NCBI GenBank assembly: GCA_964522405.1
Contig: CAZFTR010000003.1
Span: 35,711-99,710 of the forward strand
Origin: an uncultured Gammaproteobacteria bacterium
Lineage (GTDB): Bacteria > Patescibacteriota > Patescibacteriia > Magasanikbacterales > UBA922
Length of the DNA: 64,000 nt
Direction of reading: 5' to 3'
The notes under the pieces are model-generated. The model saw only the letters and a list, made by a program, of their open reading frames with translations, searched no databases and was not told where the DNA came from. This document shows positions 40,454-49,208 of this stretch, in pieces. The position numbers and the translations under genes are program-made. The number at the start of each line of letters is the position of its first letter. Positions within the stretch are counted from its first letter, which is position 1.

Positions 40454-40993
40454 CTATTTTATTTTTGCTTCTATTCCAAATGAAATATCTGTTTTTTTGG
40501 TTAACTGTGATGGAGAAATTGGTACAGACTCAATACATAAATCTTTACAATCTAATGCTAAGAGTTTGGTCTTAAGCTCTAGAAGATTTTCTCGATTTAG
40601 AGCAAAACCAGATAAAGTTACAGTCTTTCTATTTAAATCTATGGTTAATTCGTTTAATCGAATGTTTTCAGGTATTGCTTCAGAAACAAGATTGATTTTG
40701 TCGGTCCAGGTTTTATATTGTTTTTGAATTGCATCTGCCTGTGACAATGATTGGTTTATGGTATTTATTTTTTTGTTAATTTCCGCATGCGAATTTGAAG
40801 TGTCAGATATGCCAATACTCATAGCGCTAAAATGAGATTGCATAAATGATTGAGCTGCCAGTAAAAAAATTCCTGAAAGACAAATAATTATCAGAAAACC
40901 TTGTAAAACTGTTCGTACAAATTGAAAAATAATAATTCGCTGTAATGAATTCTTTTTTTCTTTGGAAAGGAGATTTATTCTGATCGGATACAT
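40454..40993 (-). CDS. pilN: PilN-like protein
   Basis: INLL motif, TM, IP..I.L, LSG.A. Confidence 0.8.
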   Translation of the reverse strand: MYPIRINLLSKEKKNSLQRIIIFQFVRTVLQGFLIIICLSGIFLLAAQSFMQSHFSAMSIGISDTSNSHAEINKKINTINQSLSQADAIQKQYKTWTDKINLVSEAIPENIRLNELTIDLNRKTVTLSGFALNRENLLELKTKLLALDCKDLCIESVPISPSQLTKKTDISFGIEAKIK

Positions 40994-40995
40994 AA

Positions 40996-42102
40996 TTATA
41001 TTATATCGATTTTCGAAAAAGGATTATCAGCTGCTCGTATTGCCAGCCCTATTGCTGTTGAATAGGTTAGTGAAGTCTGATCCGGAACATTTATTTTCTT
41101 TTTGTTTGATAGATTTTTCCAAGGATGGCCAGGCTGACATTCTATTCCCAGTTCTTTGGAAAGCAGTTCTGGTAGTTGTTTTATATTTGTACCTCCACCA
41201 CACATAGTAATATGAGTGATTCTATTATTTTCAGGAAAATGAGTATAATAAAATTGTATGGCTTTTTTTATTTCGTGTATAAATAAGTTGGTTAATTTCA
41301 TAACAGTTGCCCATACCTTTTTATCTTTTGAATAGGTCAATCCATTTTTATGCATAATTTCTTTTGCCTCTTCATAGTCAATATTCATTTGTTGAGAAAT
41401 CGCAGTTGCAAATAATTCTCCGGAAAAGGGTAGAGAAGTGCTAAATCTAACACTATTATTATCATATACTACAAAGCTTGATCTAGCTGCTCCAATATCT
41501 AGAAGTGCTCTTGCTTCGCCGGTATAGTCTTTGCTGGCAGTGACCAGTGATCTGGCGAGAGCCAGAGCTTCGATTTCAAGCGCAATTACTCCCAGTCCCA
41601 CTGATTGCAAAAGATAAGTGTAGCTGTCACTGGTATGTCTTGGTATAGCTCCAATTAGAATATAAGTTTTATTTTCATCTGCTTTTTTGTTGGGTAGGAT
41701 TTGCCAGTCTAGATAATATTCACTGTCTTCATCAAAAGGAATATGTTTTTTTGCTTCAAGTGTAATGTCATCATCAATTACTTCTTCATTTTTTTTGTGT
41801 ACTGTAATTAATTTGATAAAGCTCTGAGGTTCAGGAAGAGAAGCAACGGTCCATGGTGATTTTATTGATTTATTTCTGTTTCCATTTCCTCTTAAAAGTT
41901 TTTGAAGATAATGCCTGACTTTTTCCGGTTTTTGTAATTCTCCATCAACAATTAGCCCGGGAGGCATATGAATACTGTGAATTTCTTTTAGTTCATATCG
42001 TGGGCCATGCAATTTTGAAGAATTGTTGCTAAGTTGCACAAGTTTGATAGAGAGATCGCCTATATCCAGGCCAAATGCATTTGGAAAGGGATTATGAATC
42101 AT
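40996..42102 (-). CDS. pilM: Type IV pilus assembly protein PilM
   Basis: FGLDIGD.SIK, LLDIGA, CGGG, AIGLA. Confidence 0.92.
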   Translation of the reverse strand: MIHNPFPNAFGLDIGDLSIKLVQLSNNSSKLHGPRYELKEIHSIHMPPGLIVDGELQKPEKVRHYLQKLLRGNGNRNKSIKSPWTVASLPEPQSFIKLITVHKKNEEVIDDDITLEAKKHIPFDEDSEYYLDWQILPNKKADENKTYILIGAIPRHTSDSYTYLLQSVGLGVIALEIEALALARSLVTASKDYTGEARALLDIGAARSSFVVYDNNSVRFSTSLPFSGELFATAISQQMNIDYEEAKEIMHKNGLTYSKDKKVWATVMKLTNLFIHEIKKAIQFYYTHFPENNRITHITMCGGGTNIKQLPELLSKELGIECQPGHPWKNLSNKKKINVPDQTSLTYSTAIGLAIRAADNPFSKIDII

Positions 42103-42110
42103 TTTTTTGC

Positions 42111-43223
42111 TTAAAAATTTTGTATTAATGTAAACATGGGCATGATTACTGCTACTGCAACCCCTGCCACTACTAATCCTAAGATAATTATAATTATTGG
42201 TTCAATAACTGTAGAGAAATTTTTCATGGTTCTGTCTACTTCTGTGCTGTAAAATTCAGCAAGTTCAGAAAGCAACCTATCAACTTCTCCTGTTCTCTCT
42301 CCAACCATTATCATTTCTGTTACCATTGGTGGGTATAGTTTTTCATAGCTGTTTAAAACTTGAGACATTGGTTCACCTTTTTTAAGTCTGGTAGCAGTTT
42401 CATGCAAAGTATTTTTGAAAAGTACGTTTGAGCAAGTTTCAGCACTGATGTCTACTGCATCAATTATTGGAATAGTGCTTTTGAGTAGTGATGAAAGTGT
42501 AAGAGAAAATCTTGCCAGATTAATATGTTGTATAACTTTACCAATAATTGGCAGTTTTAAATTCAAACTGTGAATTGCTTTTTTAAATCCTGGTGATTTT
42601 TTAAGAAAAACAATAAAGACTACTATTATTCCAATCAAGACCAAAAACATGATAGCAACATTTATGGGATTACTCATGAATTTGGTTATTGCTACCAGAA
42701 CTTTTGTGGCAATTGGCAAGTCTGATCCAAATTGGTCAAATAAAGTAATTAATTTGGGAAGAACAACTGTGGTCATCAATATTCCTACTACTATTATAGC
42801 TAAAATAATAATGCTTGGATATATCATTGCTCCTTTGACGCTAGAGTTAAGAGTCTGCTGTTTTTTCATCTGAGTTACAATATGTCCAAGGGATTCTTCC
42901 AGAGTACCGGCTGCTTCGCCAGAAGCAATCATTTTGACATACATTGAATCAAATAGTTTTGTGTGCGGTGCAAGTGCCTCACTAAGTTGTTTTCCTTGTT
43001 CAACTTCTGCCCGAACTTGTTCAATGGTAATTTTAAATTTTTTGTTTTCAGTTTCTTTTTCCAGTATGGCTAGACTTTCAGTGAGAGAAAGTCCAGCATG
43101 GAGCATGGTTTGCAGGTGATCAATAAAAAAGATCTTATCAATCAAAGAAATCCTGGTTAAGTGAACATTGACCCAGTTATTAATTTTTTGTTCCAAAGGA
43201 CTTAATTCTCTTTTTTGGGACAT
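42111..43223 (-). CDS. pilC: Type IV pilus platform protein PilC/GspF
   Basis: GE..G.L twice, AMIYP, IEP. Confidence 0.93.
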   Translation of the reverse strand: MSQKRELSPLEQKINNWVNVHLTRISLIDKIFFIDHLQTMLHAGLSLTESLAILEKETENKKFKITIEQVRAEVEQGKQLSEALAPHTKLFDSMYVKMIASGEAAGTLEESLGHIVTQMKKQQTLNSSVKGAMIYPSIIILAIIVVGILMTTVVLPKLITLFDQFGSDLPIATKVLVAITKFMSNPINVAIMFLVLIGIIVVFIVFLKKSPGFKKAIHSLNLKLPIIGKVIQHINLARFSLTLSSLLKSTIPIIDAVDISAETCSNVLFKNTLHETATRLKKGEPMSQVLNSYEKLYPPMVTEMIMVGERTGEVDRLLSELAEFYSTEVDRTMKNFSTVIEPIIIIILGLVVAGVAVAVIMPMFTLIQNF

Positions 43224-43227
43224 AATA

Positions 43228-44964
43228 TTATTCTCGCGTGACTCTTAGGATTTCTTCTATGGTAGTTATTCCTTGTTTTGCTTTTATTACTCCATCTTGA
43301 AGCATGGTTATCATCTGTTGGCTTTCTATGGCATGCTGTCTGATTTGTTGGGCATTGCCTCCGGAATTTATAATAGTTGAAAGCTGATCTTCGGTTTCTA
43401 ATACTTCATATATACCGATTCTTCCTTTGTAGCCAGTATTATGACATCTTTTGCATCCCTTTGCTCGGAAAAAAGTCATTTGCTCCAGTTTTCTCTCTTG
43501 GTCAGTGAGTTTAATTCCGTGGCTATCAAATAATTCATTTAAAACTTCTGTTTTGATCAATCTGGAAAGTTCTTTTAATTCATCTTTTTGTAGAGGAAGG
43601 GCTTGGGCACAGTATTTGCAAAGTCTTCTTACCAGTCTCTGGGCAATTATGCAGTTGAGAGTAAAGGCTACTAGAAATGGAGGAATATTCATGTCAGTTA
43701 ATCGAGGAATCGTGGTCGGCGCATCATTGGTGTGAAGAGTCGAGAGAACTAGATGTCCTGTCATGGCAGAGTGAACAGCAATTTCAGCAGTTTCCTGATC
43801 ACGAATTTCTCCAACCATGATTATATCAGGATCTTGTCTTAGAAATGCTCGAAGACCATTTGCAAAACTAAATCCAGCTTTTTCATTGATTTGGCTTTGG
43901 TTTATGCCAGTAATATGATATTCAATCGGGTCTTCTATGGTGCAAATATTTACTTTGGCTGTATTTAGTTTTCCAAGAATTGAATACAGCGTTGTAGTTT
44001 TACCGCTTCCTGTTGGGCCGGTTACAAGTACCATTCCATGGGGTTTGTTTATAGAATCTTCTACCAGTTGCTTTGGTCCAGGATGAAATCCAAGCTGGTC
44101 AAGTGTTAGAGGTTTTGAGCCTTCATGAAGAAGACGCATAACAATTTTTTCTCCTCCATATACTGGCATAACAGATACACGAAATGCCAGCGCCTCATCA
44201 TGCACATCAATTTTAAATCTTCCGTCCTGAGGAATCATATGTTCATCTATTTTTAGATGGGCAAGTATTTTTACTCTGGCCACAATTCCGTTTTGAACAT
44301 GTTTGGGAAGAGTCATCACTTGTCTCAAAATACCATCAATTCTATATCTGACAATAAGACCGTTTTCTGTTGGTTCTATATGAATATCACTTGAATTTTC
44401 AAAAACAGCATGCTCCAGAATACTGTTAAGGATATTTATAATTGGAACTTCTTGAGCAACTTTTTTTAGTTCTCCTTCTTCGGCAATTTCTTCTTCTTGT
44501 TTTGAAAGTTTCTCAATTACTTTATCACTGGCCAGATTGCTGTGATATTCACGCAGAGTTTCTTTTATTTGGGTTGGAGTGGTTATAAATACTTTTGGCG
44601 AGAGCCCAGTTTTCCTCCTGACAAATTCAATAGTTTGGATATCTGTTGGATCAGTTAGTGCTATTGAAAGAGTAGTTTTTTTTCTGTCAAATGCTACTAC
44701 ATTATGGTTTTCTGCAAATTGGGCAGGAATTAAATCTACGTTTTCTTTTTTTATTTCTTGCTCCTTGAGCAGAACAAAATTTATTTTTAATAGTTCTGAG
44801 GCCCACTGATAGAGTTGCTTTTCCTCGACAATATTTTGTCGTACAAAAAAATTCTCCAGTGATTGATTTTTTATACTTGCCTGCTTTTGATGGGCCTGGA
44901 TCTGTTCACTGTTAAGACCAAGTTTATTTTTTAAAACATTTATAAGTACATTAACTGGAAGCAT
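43228..44964 (-). CDS. pilB: Type IV pilus assembly ATPase PilB/GspE
   Basis: SDIHIEP, GPTGSGKTTTLY, LRQDPD, TGHLVLSTLHTN, CxxC pairs. Confidence 0.95.
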   Translation of the reverse strand: MLPVNVLINVLKNKLGLNSEQIQAHQKQASIKNQSLENFFVRQNIVEEKQLYQWASELLKINFVLLKEQEIKKENVDLIPAQFAENHNVVAFDRKKTTLSIALTDPTDIQTIEFVRRKTGLSPKVFITTPTQIKETLREYHSNLASDKVIEKLSKQEEEIAEEGELKKVAQEVPIINILNSILEHAVFENSSDIHIEPTENGLIVRYRIDGILRQVMTLPKHVQNGIVARVKILAHLKIDEHMIPQDGRFKIDVHDEALAFRVSVMPVYGGEKIVMRLLHEGSKPLTLDQLGFHPGPKQLVEDSINKPHGMVLVTGPTGSGKTTTLYSILGKLNTAKVNICTIEDPIEYHITGINQSQINEKAGFSFANGLRAFLRQDPDIIMVGEIRDQETAEIAVHSAMTGHLVLSTLHTNDAPTTIPRLTDMNIPPFLVAFTLNCIIAQRLVRRLCKYCAQALPLQKDELKELSRLIKTEVLNELFDSHGIKLTDQERKLEQMTFFRAKGCKRCHNTGYKGRIGIYEVLETEDQLSTIINSGGNAQQIRQHAIESQQMITMLQDGVIKAKQGITTIEEILRVTRE

Positions 44965-45085
44965 ATATAAATAGACTAAAACAAAAGAGAAAATACTCTT
45001 CTTTATTTAATGATAGCATATTTTTGCTTTGTTAGATAGGTGATTTATTGACTTTTTGGGATTGAAAGTGTAATCTATTTTGCAT

Positions 45086-45811
45086 ATGTTAAAAAAACTA
45101 ATTTATATAATTCAATTCCGAACAGATGCTTCAGAAGAGCATGAAAAAAAATGTTTCAATGAGCAATTAAGTGATTATCAAGATAATCTAGTTTTTATAA
45201 ATGCTGTGAATCAAGAACTTTCACTTGAAAAAATGCCCAATGTAGCTGCAATTATTCTTGGCGGAAGCGGTCAATTCTATGCCTCAAAAGATGATCAAAG
45301 AGCTCCTCATAAAAAAACTCTTGATTTTATAGATCGAGTTTTGGAGGCAGAGATCCCGCTGCTTGGAATATGTTATGGAATGCAAATGTTATGTGTGAAA
45401 TACGGATCTAAAATGGTGGATGATAAAAAATATCATGAAAATGGTAGTTTTTTGGTGGAGAAGTTGGCAGCGGCAGATAGCGATCCTTTGCTTGGTAAAA
45501 TGCCACAAGAATTTTTTGGTCAATTTGGTCATAAAGAGGCTGCTATAAACATTCCTGATGATTTAATATGTCTTGCCAGATCAGAGCGGGTTGATTGTCA
45601 GGCTGTTCGTGTGAAAGGTAAGGATGCTTGGGGTGTTCTTTTCCATGCAGAATTAAATTATCAGCATCTTAGAGAAAGGACTATGATTTTTCCTGACTAC
45701 GCAAGTGATCCGCAAAATCTTGAAGAGTCAATGAAGAATTTTCAAGAGGCTCCGGAGTCAAATGATTTCCTTAGATTTTTTGTTAAGTTGGCTTTGGATA
45801 AAAATCATTGA
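45086..45811 (+). CDS. Stand-alone class I glutamine amidotransferase / gamma-glutamyl peptidase-like protein
   Basis: ILGGSG, PLLGICYGMQ, FHAE catalytic triad; AT-rich. Confidence 0.88.
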   Translation: MLKKLIYIIQFRTDASEEHEKKCFNEQLSDYQDNLVFINAVNQELSLEKMPNVAAIILGGSGQFYASKDDQRAPHKKTLDFIDRVLEAEIPLLGICYGMQMLCVKYGSKMVDDKKYHENGSFLVEKLAAADSDPLLGKMPQEFFGQFGHKEAAINIPDDLICLARSERVDCQAVRVKGKDAWGVLFHAELNYQHLRERTMIFPDYASDPQNLEESMKNFQEAPESNDFLRFFVKLALDKNH

Positions 45812-45846
45812 CAAGAGTAATTTTTTTTGATAGCTTGTAGTTAAGT

Positions 45847-45906
45847 ATGAGTAATATAAAAACAAACAACTTCTTTTTCTTTTTTGGAGATTCCGCTAGG
45901 CGGTAA
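45847..45906 (+). CDS. Leader peptide MSNIKTNNFFFFFGDSARR
   Basis: Starts about 10 nt after the -10 box of TTGACA(45808)-17-TAGCTT; five consecutive Phe codons. Confidence 0.75.
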   Translation: MSNIKTNNFFFFFGDSARR

Positions 45907-45951
45907 GTCTTTTTCAAAAGATTTGTTCACCGCCAAAAGCGGTGTTTTTTT
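45899..45951 (+). promoter_or_regulatory. Attenuator (antiterminator/terminator)
   Basis: GGCGGT(45899-45904) pairs ACCGCC(45929-45934), which excludes the terminator CACCGC-CAAAA-GCGGTG-T7. Confidence 0.78.
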
Positions 45952-46070
45952 CTACTCAATTTTGGTTTGACAACGGTATTTAGGTAAATATCATTGTCAG
46001 TCCAAAAGCATTTGCCTAGGACTAACTGCTCTTTCTTTTTTTGTTTTTTCTTCGGCACAGGGGTCTATTC

Positions 46071-47052
46071 CATGTTCAAAAAGACGGCGCTTCTCGCCAC
46101 TCTCAAGGTCCTCCAGGCGTATGCTGCCAAGCAGGCTGTCGATCAGATGTTCGAGGCACAGAGGCGTGCCTTCGACAAGATGAGCGACTTCCAACGGCGT
46201 CTCGCCAGGCGTGCCTTCATCTACAGGCGTCGGGCTATGTACGCCAGGAACTGGCACAACCCTCGTACTGTGGGGTGCGAGCTCGAACTCGTCATGTGTC
46301 GTCTTTCCGAGGACGGCAGCTTCTACGAGATCCATGGCAAGGTCGCGGAGCTGGTCGAGAAGATCGCAGCTCAGCATCCGAAGCTGGCCAAGTTCTTCGA
46401 CATCGAGTTCTCGGCGCATCAGATCGAGATCAGAACCGGAGTGCACATCTGCATTAACCAGATGCTCGACGAGCTGTTCGAGCTGATCGGCATCGCTCGA
46501 AAGGTCGCGGCTGAGCTGGGCTACGAACTCCACGCGGTTGAGTACATCGACTGCGAGTACAAGTTCGCTGCCCTCGACGTCACGCCGGGAGAAGTCGAGC
46601 CTGCCTACCTGGCCTTTGCCATGCAGAACCCGAGCAAGATCGACGCCATGTGCCGCGTGGCAGCGTTCCAGGTCTCGTTCGGACTCTGCAGCGAGCGCGA
46701 GGCCATCGACGTGCACAACCGGCTCATCGAGGCTCTGCCTGAGCTCATGCTTCGCTGGATGGACAGCGTTCGCAAGAAGCTCTTCGGACAGGTCATCGCG
46801 CCTGGGGTCTTCGACACGGGTCCGCTTCAGAACCTGGGCGAGCTCTTCGACCGCATGGCTGAGGCTGGATGTCTCGGTGGTCGCAAGGGGCGTTACTACC
46901 CGGCGATTCGGCTCCAGGACAAGATCCCGGTGGCTGAAGTGCGGATCGGCGGCGCCACCGACGATCGGGAGCAGATGTTCCGGATGATCTGCGAGTTCTT
47001 CAAGGTCGCATTCCCGAGAGAGGCTCCGCCTCTCCGTCACATCTTCTGGTAG
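46071..47052 (+). CDS. GCS2/YbdK-family carboxylate-amine (gamma-glutamyl) ligase (GC-rich unit)
   Basis: TVGCELEL, E...HQIEIRTGV, FQVSFG, IR....AEVR; SD-like AGGGGT. Confidence 0.78.
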
Positions 47053-47094
47053 GAGGAAGGGGGGGAGGTCGGCGTGTTCCCCACCACGCTGACC

Positions 47095-47136
47095 AAACTC
47101 TTTTGCATATAAGTTTTATATGCAAAAGAGTTTTTT
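47095..47136. terminator. Intrinsic terminator
   Basis: AAACTCTTTTGCATATAA-GTT-TTATATGCAAAAGAGTTT. Confidence 0.8.
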
Positions 47137-47185
47137 CCACAAAATTTATTGACTGATTTTGTATATATGCTAATCTATAATTAGT

Positions 47186-47239
47186 ATGAATCTAAAAAAT
47201 AGTCAAAAATTCATTATTCTGCCAGTGACTCCCTCCTAA
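47186..47239 (+). CDS. Leader peptide MNLKNSQKFIILPVTPS
   Basis: Just after promoter TTGACT(47149)...TGC-TAATCT; the stop codon abuts the antiterminator arm. Confidence 0.6.
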   Translation: MNLKNSQKFIILPVTPS

Positions 47240-47301
47240 TTTGGCGGTTTTTTAGAACATATTTACCTCAACCCGCCAAAAAGGCGGGATTTTATTTATT
47301 T
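47240..47301 (+). promoter_or_regulatory. Attenuator (antiterminator/terminator)
   Basis: TTTGGCGG(47240-47247) pairs CCGCCAAA(47273-47280), which excludes CCCGCC-AAAAA-GGCGGG-ATTTTATTT. Confidence 0.7.
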
Positions 47302-47573
47302 GGCTAATTTAAGATAAATCCCTTGACTAAACCATCTAAATTTGCTAATTTAAATTGTTAAATAGTGTTAAGATTAGAAGTTGATAAATAATATGATTAT
47401 TTTACAACTTTTGTTCTTTACAGTTGATGCTAGAAATTGTCCTTGTCTATTGATTTGCTGAATTTTCAGTGCATCAATAGGCAAGGACAGCTCTGTCCGG
47501 GCCGGTACGGGCATGACGTCCAAGCTGGCTTTGCCAGACAACCACCACGAAGCAGAGGGAGTCGAGAAGGCAA

Positions 47574-48950
47574 TTGGCCACGAAGCGACATCGAAACAAT
47601 TACGAGCGGGTTCGCAACAGACTCGCTGAACTCTTCACCAACGTCCCACGTGTTGCACTGGGACAGCGATTGACGCTGGGGCTTGAGGAGGAGTTCCAGT
47701 TCGTTCAGTCGACCGGCCTTCCCGGCCAGGCCTACCCCGTCATCGAGGGTGTCAGCCGGATGGAGGGCTACGAAGCTGTCTACGACGACATCTTCACTGA
47801 CGAGCTGATAGCTGCCCGTCATCCGGTTTTCGGGGGGCTGGGCTGGGATGCCGGCTACTCTCTGGTCGAGTGGGATTCCCCGCCTGTCACTCGAGTACAG
47901 ACGGCCGACGCTCTGCGCAACCAGATGCTCTGCACGGTGCTGCCGCTCGCAGGCCGAAACAGGCTGACGGTGGCGGGTATCGGCAGACTGCCTCTCGGCA
48001 AGGGCAGATCTGAGAGCTGGAAGCGCAAGGGTCGCTATGAGACCATGCGTTCCTGCTACGGGCCGGAGATCAACGCCGCTACCATGTGTGCGGCTCGCCA
48101 GGTCTCGGTCGGCACGCGGAGTATGCGTCACCAGATCAAGGTGACCAACACCTTCCTGGCGCTCTCGGGCGCCATCACGGCCATGACCGCCAACTCTCCG
48201 ATTCACTGCGGTCGAGCGCACAAGAAGATGCTGGCTTCGCGTCAGTTCTTCTGGTCCTCGTTCGCTGAGGCGAGTCGGGTCGGAGTCCCCAACCGACCCT
48301 TCGGCGGTCTCGGCTCTCTCCTCGACTGGCTGCTCGGCGAGAAGCTGCTCTTCTACAAGAAGGATGGCCAGTACGTCAAGTGCGGTCAACTCTTCTGGAG
48401 GGCGGCGGCTCGCTACGTCAACGACGACGAGATGTTCACGCAGATGGCACTGCTCCACATCGGCACCTGCTGGCAGGAGGCGCGGGCACGCATTCTCAAC
48501 GGTACGGTCGAGTTCCGCTCCATGTGCCAGCAGCCTCAGTCCACTGGTGCTGCCTGCGAGGCTCTGATCGTCGGACTGGCTGAGAACGTCGGCGAGGCCT
48601 GGGATCTGGTTCTGACCCACACCTGGGATCAGTGGCGAGAGAGTCGCGATCGTGGAGCCTGCCTCAGCTTCGGCGCCAAGGTCGGTCGCGAGCCCATGGT
48701 TCGAGTCTGCAACAGCGTGCTCAACGTGGCTGAGCGTGGACTCAAGATGCGTAAGTTGCGCGAAGAGCGCTATCTGCGCCCCTTCCGCGAGCGCGTCCTG
48801 CGCCGTCGGGCCCCGGCTCTCGACCAGCTTCGTTCCTGGGGCAAGGGTGGGCGCCAGCAGCTGATCCAGGACTCGGCCTACGAGATTGAGGCGTTGCCCA
48901 GCTACAGCAGCTACCGCGACCAGCTCGAGGCCATGGCCAGCTGCGCCTAG
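47574..48950 (+). CDS. GCS2-family glutamate-cysteine ligase-like protein (GshA/EgtA type; GC-rich unit)
   Basis: TLGLEEEF, VEWDSPP, RQVSV, ANSP, SR..FW, H..T.W.E.R, VEFRS; TTG start is uncertain. Confidence 0.8.
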   Translation: MATKRHRNNYERVRNRLAELFTNVPRVALGQRLTLGLEEEFQFVQSTGLPGQAYPVIEGVSRMEGYEAVYDDIFTDELIAARHPVFGGLGWDAGYSLVEWDSPPVTRVQTADALRNQMLCTVLPLAGRNRLTVAGIGRLPLGKGRSESWKRKGRYETMRSCYGPEINAATMCAARQVSVGTRSMRHQIKVTNTFLALSGAITAMTANSPIHCGRAHKKMLASRQFFWSSFAEASRVGVPNRPFGGLGSLLDWLLGEKLLFYKKDGQYVKCGQLFWRAAARYVNDDEMFTQMALLHIGTCWQEARARILNGTVEFRSMCQQPQSTGAACEALIVGLAENVGEAWDLVLTHTWDQWRESRDRGACLSFGAKVGREPMVRVCNSVLNVAERGLKMRKLREERYLRPFRERVLRRRAPALDQLRSWGKGGRQQLIQDSAYEIEALPSYSSYRDQLEAMASCA

Positions 48951-49208
48951 CATCAACGACCGAATCGCCGTCATCAGGGAGACGGCGTGTAGGGAGGGAA
49001 TTGGGCGGAGTGTGTGCGTGTCATGCGTAGCACACCGCCCCGGTTCTTGTGCAAATAAGTTTATTGTTTGTAAAAGAAACTTTAATAGTGAGTAATCAAT
49101 AGTGTTTAAGCACTATTGATTTTTTTATTTAATAAATCTTAATCAGTAACAAAATTGCCAGTAAGTTTTTTTTGTGTTAATCTTCACCTCATAAATTATA
49201 AAATTCTT

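Noticed and set aside
45997-48974. Long antisense ORFs (347 aa at 45997-47040 and 502 aa at 47466-48974)
   Set aside because: Shadow frames expected opposite high-GC3 genes; the sense frames carry the GCS2 motifs
16422-49037. Shared 13-mer GCGTAGCACACCG at about 16422 and 49025
   Set aside because: Length is compatible with chance and it lies on opposite transcript strands
9860-49050. Integron cassettes, IS elements or prophage as the explanation for the GC-rich islands
   Set aside because: No integrase or transposase, attC sites, terminal repeats or target duplications seen; islands are dispersed and in both orientations
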